64,000 bases of DNA from the human T2T-CHM13v2.0 reference genome, Homo sapiens, in assembly GCF_009914755.1 (NCBI RefSeq), contig NC_060927.1; one strand, 5' to 3'. The notes below the pieces were generated by a model. It searched no databases. It was not told the DNA's origin and saw only the letters and a program-made list of their open reading frames with translations. Both the position numbers and the translations under genes were made by a program. Of the stretch, positions 1-26,481 are shown one piece after another (position 1 is the first letter of the stretch; each line of letters starts with the position of its first letter).

Positions 1-244
1 GCTTTTGTTACTTGGTGAAATGATTTTGTTGGTCCATATAGATACTGCTACTCTACGGAGCAACAAAACCATTTCACCAATTAAATTAACCACCTAGCAT
101 CATGCATGTGGTGATTAACAACTTGGATATATTTTGCTTAAGCTATTTGAAGAATCCCTAAGTTATGGATAAAGGGAAGAAAAATAAACCTGCCTTTTGA
201 CACTGCTCATGTATCTTCTTTGTATCATTATTTACTTACAAGCC

Positions 245-532
245 TTTTTTTTTTTTTTTTTGAGACAGTCTTGCTCTGTCTGAAGTACAGTGGTGTGATC
301 TCGGCTCACTGCAACCTCTGCCTGCCGGGTTCAAGAGATTCTCCTGCCTCAACCTTCCTAGTAGCTAGGATTACAGGCGCCTGCCACCACGCCTGGCTAA
401 TTTTTGTATTTTTAGTAGAGATGGGGTTTCGCCATGTTGGCCAGGCTGGTCTCGAGCTCCTGACCTCAGGTGATCTGCCTGCCTTGGCCTCCCAAAATGT
501 TGGGATTACAGGTGTGAACCACCGCGCCCAGC
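245..532 (-). mobile_element. Alu (AluS-type)
   Basis: Poly-T at 245-261 followed by the antisense Alu body (CTCGGCTCACTGCAACCTC...TGGGATTACAGG), ending ...CGCGCCCAGCC. Confidence 0.95.
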
Positions 533-1449
533 CACAAGTCGTATTTTAAAGCGTCCTATTCCTTAGTTATAATTCCCTTGACTTTTAACAACAGTTGGTT
601 TTGACCCCAGCTCCCTGGTGCCTGGACCTCCAGATCCACCCTGGAGCCCACAGGTGGATTTACATCTAATATGTTACAATCCTGATGTAAATCCCCAGGA
701 GGAAGCCTGGCGTTAGCCACCCTTACTCTGCACAGTGCTATCCTTGCTGTTGCTTTCATCTCTGGCAGGAGTTTCCTTTTCACAAGGGAGAAGGCTCTAT
801 GCATTTATAGCAGTGTTTTATTTTCCAGCAAGCTTAGAAATCTACAAGATGGTTCCGCTGCTTATAAATACTGCCGCAGAGAGGGGCTTGGACTAGTTCT
901 AGAGTGCTGAATTTTTCCTTAGCCATGGAAGTCACTTGTGAAAGGAAATCTTACCTGGAACCTGCATTGGACAAGCATTCAAAAGTAGGGATGATCTGGT
1001 GGGGCCATTGATGGGAGAGGATTTTGAGGAGTTACTGAGGACCCCTGTGGGACCCCTGACCTGCTTCTGGCAGGGCAGCTTGGAAACCAGCAGATGAGGT
1101 GACTGCTTGCGTCTCTTGAAGCTGTGGTCCAGGAGTGTGTTTCTAAGACATTTGCAACCTAATGGGAAGTAAACCACTTTCCCATCAGCTGTGGTATGTT
1201 TTGTAGTAACCACATAATCCCAAACCAAAGATATTTAAATTATTTTACATCAAGAGGCTTGTGAATTTTGGATTTCCCTCATTACAAGCCATGTATAATT
1301 ATTTTAAGCCAAACAAACGTGATGTTTAACTTTTTAACTTTTTTTTTTTTTTTTTTTTTTTTGTATTTTGGAATCATTTTCTTTTCAAAGACTAAGGACT
1401 TTCTTGTTTATTCCTAGATTAGAAACAGAGCCAGGGAAGAGGGGGTACT

Positions 1450-1900
1450 GAAAGGGCATAGCCTGTCCTGTTGGCGGGGCCGTGGGACCCGGCCGCCCTT
1501 TCTCCTCCGTGGCTCCCCAGCCAGGAGGCTGCGCTTACCTGCTCCGCACGACCTCTGCGGCTTGGGGGCTCTCAGCTCTGTCGCTGCGGGGCTCCAGGCT
1601 GGTGCTTGTGCTGAGAATGACTGCGGGAGGGGCTCGCGTGCCCAGCACTGCACCGCGAGGCGACCAACCGCTGACATGTGGGGCGATTGGGTGGACAGGA
1701 AGACTCGGCGAGCTTTTGTAGCCGCGGGTAGGGACAGCCTGGGCTCCCTGAACCAAGCGCGCGTGGGCGGCGACCCCGTCCCTGTGCACCGACCCGCCAG
1801 CGCGCAGCCTGGTGAGAGCACTTGTGCGCCTTGGGATCGCCTGGGCTGCTTCTTGGCGCTCTGCCTAGGGGGAACCTGCTTGGTGACAACAGGGCTGGAG
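1450..1900. promoter_or_regulatory. CpG island / putative promoter
   Basis: Non-repeat, GC- and CpG-rich block in a CpG-poor background. Contains TTGGCGGGG (~1472, E2F/GC-box-like), CCAACCG (~1665, MYB-like), GATTGG (~1685, inverted CCAAT) and CAGGAAG (ETS-like). Confidence 0.7.
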
Positions 1901-1919
1901 CTTCTCTGAAGCCGAAGGG

Positions 1920-2244
1920 TGCTATGCTTTGAATGGGTGTCCCTCAAAACTCATGCGAAAATTCAATCCGTATTTGAGGTGTAGCCTTCAGGAGGTTAGT
2001 AGGTTTGAGGACTCAGCACTTGTGAATGTCTCAGTGTTCTTGTAAAAGAGCTTGAGGGAGGGAGTTTGGTCTCTTTTGTGCTTCTGCTCTTTGCCACCTG
2101 AGGAGGCTTCACCTTGAGCTTGGACTTCCCAGACTTCAGAGGCTGTGAGAAATAAATTCCTGGTTTTGTTGTTCTTGTTGTTTTGTTTTTTACAAATTAC
2201 CCAGTCTTGGGTATTTTGTTATTACAGACAAAAAGACTGAGACA
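1920..2244 (+). mobile_element. MaLR LTR (MST-type)
   Basis: Starts TGCTATGCTTTGAATGGGTGTCCC; has the MaLR 3' motifs GGACTTCCCAG..CTGTGAGAAATAAATT and AATTACCCAGTCTTGGGTATTTTGTTAT; ends GACTGAGACA. Confidence 0.85.
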
Positions 2245-2550
2245 AAGGGCCAGCACCATTCTGGACAGGACAGAGAGCTCCTGTCACCCCAATTGGAGGT
2301 GGACACTCCTGCAGCTGGACTTTTCTCACTTGGGGACCACAAGGCCCACAGGCGTTCCCTGATTCACTTCTTGGGATCTGTAAATCCCCTGAAATACTAT
2401 GCCAGGTTTTACATCTAAATGCAAGTGCCTGGAATGAGAGACAAAAGCTTTTATCCAATTCAACATCTGTGACACCCTCCACTGCCCACTCCCCACCTCC
2501 ACCCCCACCCCCCCAACCCCCGCCAAGCTTGTAAAAATGATGGATTAAAC

Positions 2551-2718
2551 CAATAGTACCCAAACTTGGCTGCACATTGATCACCTAGGGAGTTTTTAAA
2601 AGCTGGAAGCCCGAGTGGAAGCCCAGATCACTTAACTCAGTGGGATGGGACCCCAACCATTAGTGTTTTGAAAGATTCACAGGTGATTCCATTGCATAGG
2701 AAAGTGTGGGCACCACTG
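2551..2718. mobile_element. MER5-type hAT DNA transposon relic
   Basis: CCCAAACTTGGCTGCACATTGATCACCTAGGGAG...CAGGTGATTCC...CACCACTG resembles the MER5 consensus. Confidence 0.7.
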
Positions 2719-3049
2719 CCCTCACTGAACACTACATGCTTTTACATTTTTTCAGCTAGATTGTTTGCTTCTCTGCCTTTTTCATGAGGTGGTGGGTGTC
2801 ACAGTATCTAGCCCAGCTCTGAGACACACTGCATATTTGCTGCATGAAGGAGGCAAAGGCAGATCACAGGATAGGTCATCTAACTTGCAGGCCCCTCGTT
2901 GCTGTGTCCAAAATTCTCCCTGGGCTGAAATACCACTGACTTCATGGAAATGGCTTCGTGTAATGTTTGAAGCTCAGGAGGAAAATGAGTCATTACTCCC
3001 TGATGGGACATCTGTCTTTTAGCCTCTCCAGAATGCACCTGCCTGTGTC

Positions 3050-4007
3050 ACTGTGGCTCAGAGGTCTGGGATGGCATTTGGGTAAGCACCATTAGAGTCA
3101 TAACCCCTGTGGTTCCAACACCGGTGAGTCCAGCACTGGGATGGATACCTTATATTCTGAAATAGATCTGGCCTGGCACTACCCTGGGCCATGTCCTCCT
3201 GTTGAACATGAACATAAACGATTTCCCACAACACCATTAGACAAGACTCCTCTGTGACCAGGATGGATCTAGACCAGAATAAGACCACTTCAACATCATA
3301 TCTGAAAACAGACAAAGCATAAACATTGTTCAAGCCACAAAAGAAAACACACAAATATAGCAGTTGTCTTGGCTAATAGAACTGGCTGCTGCTTCATTGC
3401 CAGTTACAGCTTTTATTTTCTGACAGAGTCTCGTTCGGTCACCCAGGCTGGAGTGCAGTGGCACAATGACTTACTGCAACCTCAGCTTCCTGGGCTCAAG
3501 CAATCCTCCTACCCCAGCCTTCTGAGTAGCTGGGATCACAGCACATGCTACAACACCTAGCTAATTTTTAAAAAATTTTTTGTGGAGACAGAGTCTCGCT
3601 ACATTGCCCAGGCTGGTCTCAAACTCCTGGGCTCAAGCAATTCTCCCGCCTCAGCCTGCCAAAGCACTGAGATTACAGGTATGGGCCACTACACTCAGCC
3701 CAATTACAGCTTCAGACTTGGTGTAGTCTGCTTTCCCTATGGGTAAGATTTATGAGGATACACATTCATAGAATTACCCCAGTTTCCTGACCCTATCCAA
3801 CCCAGAGAAAAACTATGCTTTCTTCAACTTCTCCCAAAGCAGCAAACCAAAGCCCAAATCCTTTAATAACATTTTCTAACATCATCTCACTGAGACACCC
3901 CCAGGGTTTCCCATTGTTTGCATTTTCCCTCTTTGCAATGAGAATTAAACCCAACTTTCTTAACTATAGGTGTGTTCCTAGTGGTTTCTGGCTGGAGAGC
4001 ATTGACA
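3050..4007 (+). mobile_element. Old ERVL-type LTR (MER73/74-like) interrupted by an antisense AluJ (3411-3701)
   Basis: 3' end ATTAAACCCAACTT..GGTGTGTTCCTAGTGGTTTCTGGCTGGAGAGCATTGACA. The Alu is flanked by a TSD-like CCA(G/A)TTACAGCTT. Subfamily uncertain. Confidence 0.55.
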
Positions 4008-4301
4008 AATTATGTTATTTACACATCCCAATAACAGTGCAAGAAAAATATTACACCCCCTTCCCACATGAGCTAACTGAGGTTCTTTTAGATTACATAG
4101 CTCACACAGGGCTGCTGGGCTTTAAGTGAAGAGCTAGGGTTCATTTTCACATAGTTTTGTTGGAAGACAAGCTAGCATGTTGCTTACTTACATGAACTTT
4201 AGCTGCTAAGTGGAGTTCCAACCCAGCACTGCCCTTTTCTGGTTGTAGGAACTTGAGGAAGTCCTGTAACATTTCTCAACTTCCTTACCTAAAAAAAAAA
4301 G

Positions 4302-5271
4302 TGCTACCAAAATGCCAGGAGTTTGATCTAGGTACAATTGCTCACCGCACAGGAAGCCAATCACTGAGACAATGATTATTGCCAGGGAAGAAGGCTTAAT
4401 CACATGCTGCAGCTGTGATCTGGCCAACTGAAATCAGGGGTTTATATAACAGGGAAGAAATGTAACTACATATAGGAAAATAGGAATTAGGGAGGGGTAA
4501 GGAAGAGGAGTTGGTCAAGAAGAAGCAGGTGATCAGTTAGGCAATCATGACAGGTGAGGGGTCTGGCTTCTTATTGTCCAGATGTGATGATCTGGTAAGT
4601 GTCAGTTCCTTGATACTGTTACCGCACTGGAGGGTCTTGACTGTGAGTCATCCAGGTTCTTGGCATTTTGAACGAAGAATTGAACGGATCACACATACAA
4701 AGCGACAAAAGAATGAAGCAACAAAAACACAGATTTATTGAAATGAAAGTACACTCCACAGAGTGGGAGCAGATTTGAGCAAGTGTCTCAAGAGGACCAG
4801 TTACAGAATTTTCTGGGGTTAAATACCCTCTAGAGGTTTCCCACTGGTTACTTGGTTACACCCTATGTAAATGAAGACTTGGCCCACAACCAGTCTAATT
4901 GGTAGAGGGAGGCAACCAATCAGAGGTACTTTCAATTTTTCATCTGCAATGCAGTGGAATGGGAGTGGGGAGGGGCGGAGTGTAAAGGGAGTAGCCTCTG
5001 ATCTTTTTGTTACTTGGACATGGAGAGGTGGGGTTTTCCTTTTGATTCAGTTCTAGGAAGTCAGCCTGAATCGGCCTTACATCCCCTGTTTCCAGACCCT
5101 GTTCTCCTGCCTCATTACTATCTGGGAGGGCTGACAGTTGGAAACCCGAGAAAGGAACTCAGATAAGACAAATGTAACTTTCTAAAGTTTTAAGAGTGGG
5201 AGGATCAATTTCTATGTTTATTCAGAAGAAACCATAAACATCAGTTCTCTAGGACAAGTGAGCTGATTTCA
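4302..5271 (-). mobile_element. ERV1 LTR (MER39-like), split by a MER51 insertion
   Basis: Reverse strand starts TGAAATCAGCTCACTTGTCCTAGAGAACTGATGTTTATGG. A second copy of the same family lies at ~22098-22539. Confidence 0.7.
4617..5114 (-). mobile_element. MER51-type ERV1 solo LTR
   Basis: Reverse strand starts TGAGGCAGGAGAACAGGGTCTGGAAACAGGGG..TTCCTAGAACTGAATCAAAAGGAAAACCCC; TG...CA termini. Confidence 0.8.
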
Positions 5272-5905
5272 AAAGGAAAGGGGATAACATTCCAATCTCA
5301 AGAATCTTAGTGTGGAAATAATAAAAACCCACAAAGCCTGTTGATCACAGAGCTATGCTCAGGCATCTGCCCCCTGTAGAAATGTAAAATGTGAGGTGGG
5401 AAAGGTAAGCAGTGGACCCACCAAGCAGTGCCCAGCCCATCTGCACTACTTCACTCCAGCTGAGTCTTGCTGATTTGTATTTGACTGGTGTGGTGGGTCA
5501 TTGTAGATGTAAACCTGACTGGGTTAAGGGATACCCAGATAACTGGTGGCACATTATTTCTGGGTATGTCTGTGAAGGTATTTCCGGAAGAGATTGGCAT
5601 TTGAATCAGTGAACTGAATAAGGAAGATCTGACCTCACCAATGTGGGCAGGCACCATCCAAAGGGCTGAGGGCCTGGATAGAACACAAAGGCAGAGGAAG
5701 AGAGAATTTGCTCTCTCTATTGCAGCGGGGACAACACCCTTCCTCTTCTGCCCTTGGACATCAGAACTCCAGGTTCTCAGGCCTTCATACTCAGACTGAG
5801 CCACACAACCAGCTTCCCTGGTTCTCTTGTGGACAGTATATTTTAGGTCTTCTCAGCCACCATAATTGAGGGAGCCAACCTCCATAATAAATCTCTGATA
5901 GACGT

Positions 5906-8035
<2,130 letters not shown>

Positions 8036-8037
8036 TG

Positions 8038-8086
<49 letters not shown>

Positions 8087-8104
8087 GCCTGCCTGCCAGC
8101 CTGC

Positions 8105-8147
<43 letters not shown>

Positions 8148-8200
8148 CCCACCTATCTATCTATCTGCCTGCCTGCCTATCTATCTATCTATCTATCCAT
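8038..8200. repeat. Compound (CTAT)n/(CTGC)n tetranucleotide microsatellite
   Basis: Direct reading of the sequence. Confidence 0.95.
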
Positions 8201-8484
8201 CCAGTGGGTTCTCTTTCTCTGGAGAAACCTAATATAGCTGGGTTATTTTGTCTTCCTGACCCCAGCAGAGGGCAGAGGTAAAGAGTGTGAGGCCCTGAGC
8301 TATTGAAAGCCTGAATGACAACAGCAGGAACCTGCCAGCTCAGTTGAGAACCAGAAACATACAGAAACAAGTGCAAATTAGACACCAACCTGTGTTACCT
8401 CAGCATTCAAAGCTGATATTTATGTTAAATTATGTCCATTGTTTTCTGAAATAAAATGTTTCCATTCAAAATGGTTAAAATTTT

Positions 8485-10323
<1,839 letters not shown>

Positions 10324-10611
10324 TCATGCCCAACCAGACCTACTGAATCTGAGTCTACATTTCTTTACCTTTTTTTGGGGGGGGGGGGGGACAGAGTCTT
10401 GCTCTTGTTTTTAAACAATTAAAAAAAAATCCATTGGATAACTCACAGACTCTCCAGAGGCTAGAGAGCCAGATTTGGTGATGTTGCCATCAGGTACAAC
10501 ACCCACATCACTCCAGAGAGGGGACGAGCCCAGTGCCTGGGTTACCAGGCACCAGGCAAGAACAGACACCTGCACTGCTAACAGTGGGCAGCTGACTTCA
10601 CAGCAGAGCCG

Positions 10612-10901
10612 CCAGAGAAGAGTCCCACGAAGAAGAGGAAGAGATCACATGAAGATGGAGGCAGAAATTGCAACTATGCAGTCACAAGGCAAGAAACAGT
10701 GGAACAATCAGAAGCTGGAAGAGACAAGGCAGAATTCTTCTTTACAGCCTGTGACGAACTCAGCCCTGCCGACACCTTGATTTTAGACTTCTAGGCTCCA
10801 GAATTGTGACAGAAGAAGTGAGTGTGGTTTCAGCCAACAAGTTGTTTTTTCTTTTTTTGTAATTTGGTCATTTGTTGTGACAGACACAGGAAACTAATAC
10901 A
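10612..10901 (+). mobile_element. MLT1 LTR 3' part (copied arm of an inverted duplication)
   Basis: CATGAAGATGGAGGCAGAAATTG..CAGAAGCTGGAAGAGACAAGG..GACACCTTGATTTTAGACTTCT..AACTAATACA. Confidence 0.85.
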
Positions 10902-10937
10902 GTTGGTGGGGGCAGGGGGTGGGCCTGGGCCTTTGTA

Positions 10938-11845
10938 CTTTTTTTATTTTTTAGAGACAGGGTCTTACTGTCACCAAAGCTGGAGTGCAGTAGCATGATC
11001 ACAGCTCACTACGGCCTTGACCTTCGGGGTTCAAGTGATCTTCCCACCTCAGACTCTAAAGCTGGAGGAGCTGAAACTACAGGCACACACCACCACACCC
11101 AGCTAATTACAAAAGTTTTTTTCAGAGATGGGGTTCTCACTGTGTTGTCCAGACTGGTCTCAAACTCCCAGGTTTAAGTGATTCTCCTGCCTCGGCCTCC
11201 CATAGTGTTGAATTACAGACTGAGCCATCATGCCTGGCCACATTTGTACCCTTTTTTTTTTTTTTTGTAAAGACAGAGTCTCACTCTGTCACCCAGGCTG
11301 AAGTGCAGTGGCACCATCTCAGCTCACTGCAACCTCTGCCTCCTGGGTTCAAGTGATTCTCCTGCCTCCGCCTCCTGAGTAGCTGGGATTACAGGTGCAC
11401 ACCACGCCGCCTGGCTAATTTTTTCTATTTTTAGTAGAGATGGGGTTTCACCATGTTTCCCAGGCTGGTCTTGAACTCCTTACCTCAGGCAATCTGCCTG
11501 CCTCGGCCTCCCAAAGTGCTGGGATTACAGGTGTGAGCCACAGTTCCCGGCCCACATTTGTACCTTTTTAACAGCTTCCTAGGTGCTTCTAATATGCATC
11601 CAGGATTGGGGACCACTGGAATAGGGCATGTCAGAAGCATCTCCCTCTGGCAGTTTTCCTCAGCTTAGGGTCTAAATGCTTTTGCAATATCAAAATGTCT
11701 TCTTTTTAATTTTTAATTTTATCTTTTTTTAATACAGGGTATCGCTATGTTGCCCAAGCTAGACTGGATCTCCTGGCCTCAAATGACCCTCCTGTCTCAG
11801 CCTCCTGAGTAGCTGGGATTACAAGCACACACCAGTGTGCCTGGC
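10938..11845 (-). mobile_element. Alu cluster: 10938-11239, 11252-11552, 11702-11845
   Basis: Antisense Alu motifs. Confidence 0.9.
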
Positions 11846-12630
11846 TATCATAATGTTTTCTTAATTCTATTTTTATCATTTTTAGCAGAGTAAATATTTG
11901 ATACACTATGAGAACAGCCAGGGTAAATAAACTTGATGGTAAGAAAATAAAAAGCTTTGTGAACCTGCATATAGGTATCTATATCTTAAGTAGTTTGTGT
12001 CTCTAAGGCTGTTTGGGCTATAACTGCGGTGTTGCTTCTGCTTCTCTGTTTAATTTATAAATTATCCTGCCGCTTTCCTCTCCTGCCTTCCCATCTCCTT
12101 CCAGCTGTCTATGTCAGGGGAGTTTATCCCAGGGCTCATTAGCACCTCCAGAAACACTGGGCTGAGGAAGGACAAAGAACAGTTCCTGTGGCTGCTTTGT
12201 CATCAGGGCTGATGAAGTGTTGAGTAGGAGAGGAGCAGAGGGCCGCAGTGAGGTTCTGATGTTTTGTCCTGTATCTGTGTCCCTGGACAGTGAGATGCTG
12301 TTTCTGAGGTCTACTTGCCTTTCAATCTAGCCCTGGGGGAGGAGATGCCAGAGAGTAATGAGGAGGCATCTGTATTACAGGTAAAGGGATTCTGTTCCTC
12401 TTCTATGGGAGTCTGGAGTAACTGAACTGACATTCTGAGAGTTTCCAGGTGGCTGGATGCAATCCAAGTCTGATAGTCTCTGAAGCCTGAGGCTTCTCTA
12501 CCATACCCTGCTTCTTCAGACAAATAGATAGAAAGTACTCATCCACGTGACAACATGGATGACCCTGTCTCAAAAAAATAAAAAATAAAAAAATGTACAA
12601 AGGCCCAGGCCCCGCCCCCGCCCACCAACT

Positions 12631-13101
12631 GTATTAATTTCCTGTGTCTGTCACAACAAATGACCAAATCACACACACAAAAACAACAACAACAAAAAAA
12701 AAACTTGGCAGAAACCACACTCACTTCTTCTGTCGCAATTCTGGAGCCTAGAAGTCTAAAATCAAGGTGTCAGCAAGGCCGAGTTCCTCACAGGCTGTAA
12801 GGAAGAATTCTGCCTTGTCTCTTCCAGCTTCTGATTGTTCTGATGTTCCTTGCCTTGTGACTACATAGTTGCAATTCTGCCTCCATCTTCACATGACCTC
12901 TTCCTCTTCTTCATGGGACTCTTCTCTGGGTATCCCTTACAAGGACACGTGTAGTTGGATTTAGTGCTCACTGACTAAACCGTAATAATCTCATCTGAGG
13001 TCTTTAATTATATCTGCAAATATCCTTTTTCCAAACAAGTTAAATTCACAGCTTATAGGATATGAACATACCTTTATGGGAATGACCACTTAACCCACTA
13101 C
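12631..13101 (-). mobile_element. Full-length MLT1 (MLT1B/C-like) LTR
   Basis: TGTATTAATTTCCTGTG..AAATCAAGGTGTCAGC..TCTGCCTCCATCTTCACATG..TTAACCCACTACA. Confidence 0.85.
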
Positions 13102-13159
13102 ATATAACCAAGTAAATCAGAGTGTTTAGGGTGAAACCTGGGCATTTGCTTTTACATAT

Positions 13160-14832
<1,673 letters not shown>

Positions 14833-15488
14833 TCCTTCAGTGATTTTTATCTGTAATAGCTAAAATGAAAGTAAAGGAGAGTGCTGGGGCAGATTCTGGT
14901 GCTGTGCCATGCTTGGACTTCAGCTGGTCAGAGCTATGGTTATTAGTCTCAGGACCACTCTCTAATAGAAAAATTGTGCCTGAACAACAGATAACACTGT
15001 TGCAAAGTCAAGATGGCAAGCCTGTGCAAACCCAAGAAACTACTAAAGCAGAGGATAAAATGTGAAGGAATGTCTCATTTATTGATCGACATCTGCAGCT
15101 TCCTGAGGAAGTTTTACCAAAATGGATTGTGAGACTGGCTGAGGAGCAGCCTTCTAGACTTTGAATGCTGCGGACTAGAAGAGCATGTCTGGATTGCTGC
15201 AGGACCCACAGCTTATTATGGAACGATAAAAGATGCCTGTGTATGATCCCAACACATGACAGGTTGTCCCTGAGGGGTCAGCCAGCCTGCTGGAATGGAG
15301 AAATGCCGCTGTAGTTTGTTTACCCTGAGAAGGTAAATCGACATTTCCCTCCTTTACATGCTAAGTGGCCTCCCAAAATGAGGCAGCTGATTTGCCACAT
15401 ATCCAATCCCGGCTGTACTGGCTTTATAATGATCAGGTTGTTCATCCCCCTCATATGTCCCTTAACCAGGTCACAGCACCTAGATAGT

Positions 15489-16059
15489 GATGCAGATGAA
15501 TGCCCAAATTGGAGCTCAGCCCAGAAAAGTTCTTGGCTTCACACAGAAAAGAATTCCTGAGCAAACTGACAGAGTAAAGTGAAAGCAAAGCAAGTTTATT
15601 AGAACAAGAGAGTACAAGAAAATGGCTGTTCCGCAGACAGCACAGGCTTCCCCATAGGCAGAGAAGTAGTCGGGTATTGCTGGGGAGCTGTGTTTATAGC
15701 TACTCCTTCATCATAAGCTAAATAAGGGGCAGGTTATTCACGAATTTTCTACAAAAGAGGTTGGGAGTTCCTGAGACTGAAGTTCCTCCCCTTTTAGATC
15801 ACGTACAGTAACTTCCCAGGGCATCGCCATGATATTTGTAAACTGTCACTTGCTGGTGGGAGTGTCTTTTAGCATGCAAATGCATTACAGTTAGCGTGTA
15901 ATGAGCAGTGAAGGCAACTAGAGGTTGCTTTTGTTGCCATCTTGGTTTTAGGTGGTGTTGGCCAGTTTCTTTACTGCATCCTTTTTGACCAGATCCTGTT
16001 TCAATCAGCTGGGTTGTGACCAGTGTTCAGAAAACAAGTCCTGCTGATCTCCTGCCTCA
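15489..16059 (-). mobile_element. ERV1 solo LTR (MER66-like) inserted in the ERVL internal region
   Basis: Reverse strand starts TGAGGCAGGAGATCAGCAGGACTTGTTTTC; internal AGCAAGTTTATTAG and CATTA..TTAGCGTGTAATGAGCAGTG. Confidence 0.7.
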
Positions 16060-16291
16060 GTGTGATTACGCGAGCTCCTTTTGCACACGAATCCCATGGA
16101 AACTTACTGCTGCAAAATCAAGCGCAGTTCAAGACATCATACCAGATTTGTTATCTCAGCTTCCCCTCATGGGTCTTACAGATGCCAAGAAAATGATGCC
16201 CAGTCACAAAAGGAATGGGCAAAGTCAAAGGAAATAGTCAAGGGACTTATCCCAGCAGGGTGGAAATTTTCAAATATTAACAACTGGGATG

Positions 16292-21830
<5,539 letters not shown>

Positions 21831-22097
21831 TGAACAAAGTAGAAACACTTGATATAACGATAGTCTCACTGCATTCTTTCCCACATCCATTTACTTAACT
21901 TTTACGGGGTGCCTGTGTGCCAGGCAGGACCAGGTGGTGACCACTGCCATGGTCTGACCTGCTCAGGGAAGTCGCTATGAGGCATGAGGGGCCAGGCCAG
22001 GAAGAGCAGGGCATTAGGAGATGCCAGAATAGGGAGGTGTGAAGTGCAGCAGGAAGGCTGAAGAAGAGCAGCAGAGACATGTATGCAGATGTGCAGC

Positions 22098-22539
22098 TGT
22101 TACCACGACACCAGGGCTTCGGCCTGGGTCCTGCTGCTCACAGCACAGAAAGCCAATCGCTGAGAGGTGAGCATTGCCAGAGAAGAAGGGTTTAGTTGGG
22201 TGCTGCAGCCATGGAAGTAAAAGATCACGCTCAAATTTGCACCCCTAACCAACTAAAATTAGGGGTTTATGTAGCAGGGGAGTAATGCAACCATGTGTGG
22301 GAAAATGAGAACTCAGGTGGATTAAAGAAGCAGTCATGAAGAAGGAGGGACTAGATGTCTCATTGTCTGGAGCCGATGAGCTGCTAAGCCTCAGGTCTTT
22401 GACAGTTTTTGAGAGGCCTGGAGGTCTTTTGCTGAGGAAGGAGCTCAGATAAAACAAGTATAGGTTTCTAGCTTTTAGATCAGAAAGGTAAGTTTCTAAT
22501 TTTAAAAAAACTGCCAATGGGACTATTGGGTCAGTTTCA
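22098..22539 (-). mobile_element. ERV1 LTR (MER39-like)
   Basis: Same family as 4302-5271 (GCACAGAAAGCCAATCGCTGAGA..TTGCCAGAGAAGAAGG; ends GTTTCA on the + strand). Confidence 0.7.
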
Positions 22540-22756
22540 GAGAAAGTCAGGTGGATGTCAGCTGGCATGTGTGGGCTCTGGCATCAACTGTAAATCTTAT
22601 TTCCACTATTCTGTTTCTAAAACACACATAAACCTTTGAATATTTTAATAAAAGATATCTAGAGAAAACACTAATTTTTTTTTAAATACACACCATATTT
22701 TCCAGCCATACATGAATATAATTCTAACTCCTTGGTGACTAATAGGTAACATTTCA

Positions 22757-24508
<1,752 letters not shown>

Positions 24509-24862
24509 GCATGATCTCAGCTCGCTGCAACCTCTGCCTCCTAGGTTCAAGCAATCCTCCTGCCTCAACTTCCCAAGTAGCTGGGACTACAGGCGCCTGC
24601 CATCCAGCCTGGCTAATTCTTTTTTTTTTTCTTTTCTTTGTTTTTCTTTTAGTAGAAATGGGGTTTCACCATATTGGCCAGGCTGGTCTCGAGCTCCAGA
24701 TGTTATGATTTGCCCGCCTCGGCCTCCCAAAGTGCTGGGATTACAGGGGTGAGCCACTGAGCCCGGCCAGAAAAAATGTTAAAAGTAGCCGGGAGTAGGG
24801 ACCAGGTGCAGTGGCTCACGCCTATAATCCCAGCACTTTGGGAGGCTGAGGCGGGCGGATCA

Positions 24863-25108
<246 letters not shown>

Positions 25109-25603
25109 TCACTCTTCAGCTGTAATGTATTACTGAGTACCTTTAAAAATCTAGCAAGATGCTAGGAATAGCCACCCCTGAGGTGAGACTTCCACTTCTT
25201 TATTTCTGGTTCCCAGTGTTTTATTTGGCATGGTGGAGAACTGGTTTTTGTTTGTTGTTTTCTGAAACAGAGTTTCACTTTGTGGCCCAGGCAGTGATAC
25301 GATCACAGCTCGCTGCAGCCTCGACCTCCCCGGCTCAAGTGTCGTCCTATCTCGCCTCCCAAGTAGCTGAGACTACAGGTGCATGCCACCACACCTGGCT
25401 AATTTTTTTTTTATTTTTATGTTTTGTAGAGATGAAGTCTTGCCGTGTTGCCCAGGCTGACCTCAAACTCCTGAGCTTAAGCACTCCTTCTGCCTGGGCT
25501 TCCCAAGGTGCTGGAATTACAGGCATGAGACATCACCCCCAGCCTGATACTTACTGACAAATTGAGGTAATACGGGAAATAAGAAAAAGCAATCCATATC
25601 TAA

Positions 25604-25867
<264 letters not shown>

Positions 25868-26199
25868 TGAACTCCTGACCTCATGATCCGCCCGCCTTGC
25901 TCTCCCAAAGTGCTGAGATTACAGGCGTGAGCCACCACACCTGGCGCACCTGGCTTTTTTTTTTTTTTTTTTGAGATGGAGTCTCGCTCTTGTCGCCCAG
26001 GCTGGAGTGCAATAGTGCAGTGGCAAGAGATTTCGGCTCAGTGCACAACCTCTGCCTCCTGGATTTTGAAGTGATTCTCCTGCCTCAGCCTCCTGAGTAG
26101 CTGGGATTACAGGTGCCCACCACCACGCCTGGCTAATTTTTGTATTTTTAGTAGAGATGGGGTTTCACCATGTTGGTCAGGCTGATCTCAAACTCCTGA

Positions 26200-26481
<282 letters not shown>

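Noticed and set aside
1414-1947. Overlapping ORFs of up to 177 aa at the CpG island
   Set aside because: Explained by stop-codon scarcity in GC-rich DNA; no recognisable protein similarity.
2478-2525. C-rich tract (possible G-quadruplex on the - strand); similar G tracts at ~10377 and ~30483
   Set aside because: Short low-complexity tracts with no supporting context.
11658-11670. 13-bp match CCTCAGCTTAGGG with ~61270
   Set aside because: Flanks do not align, so it is probably chance.
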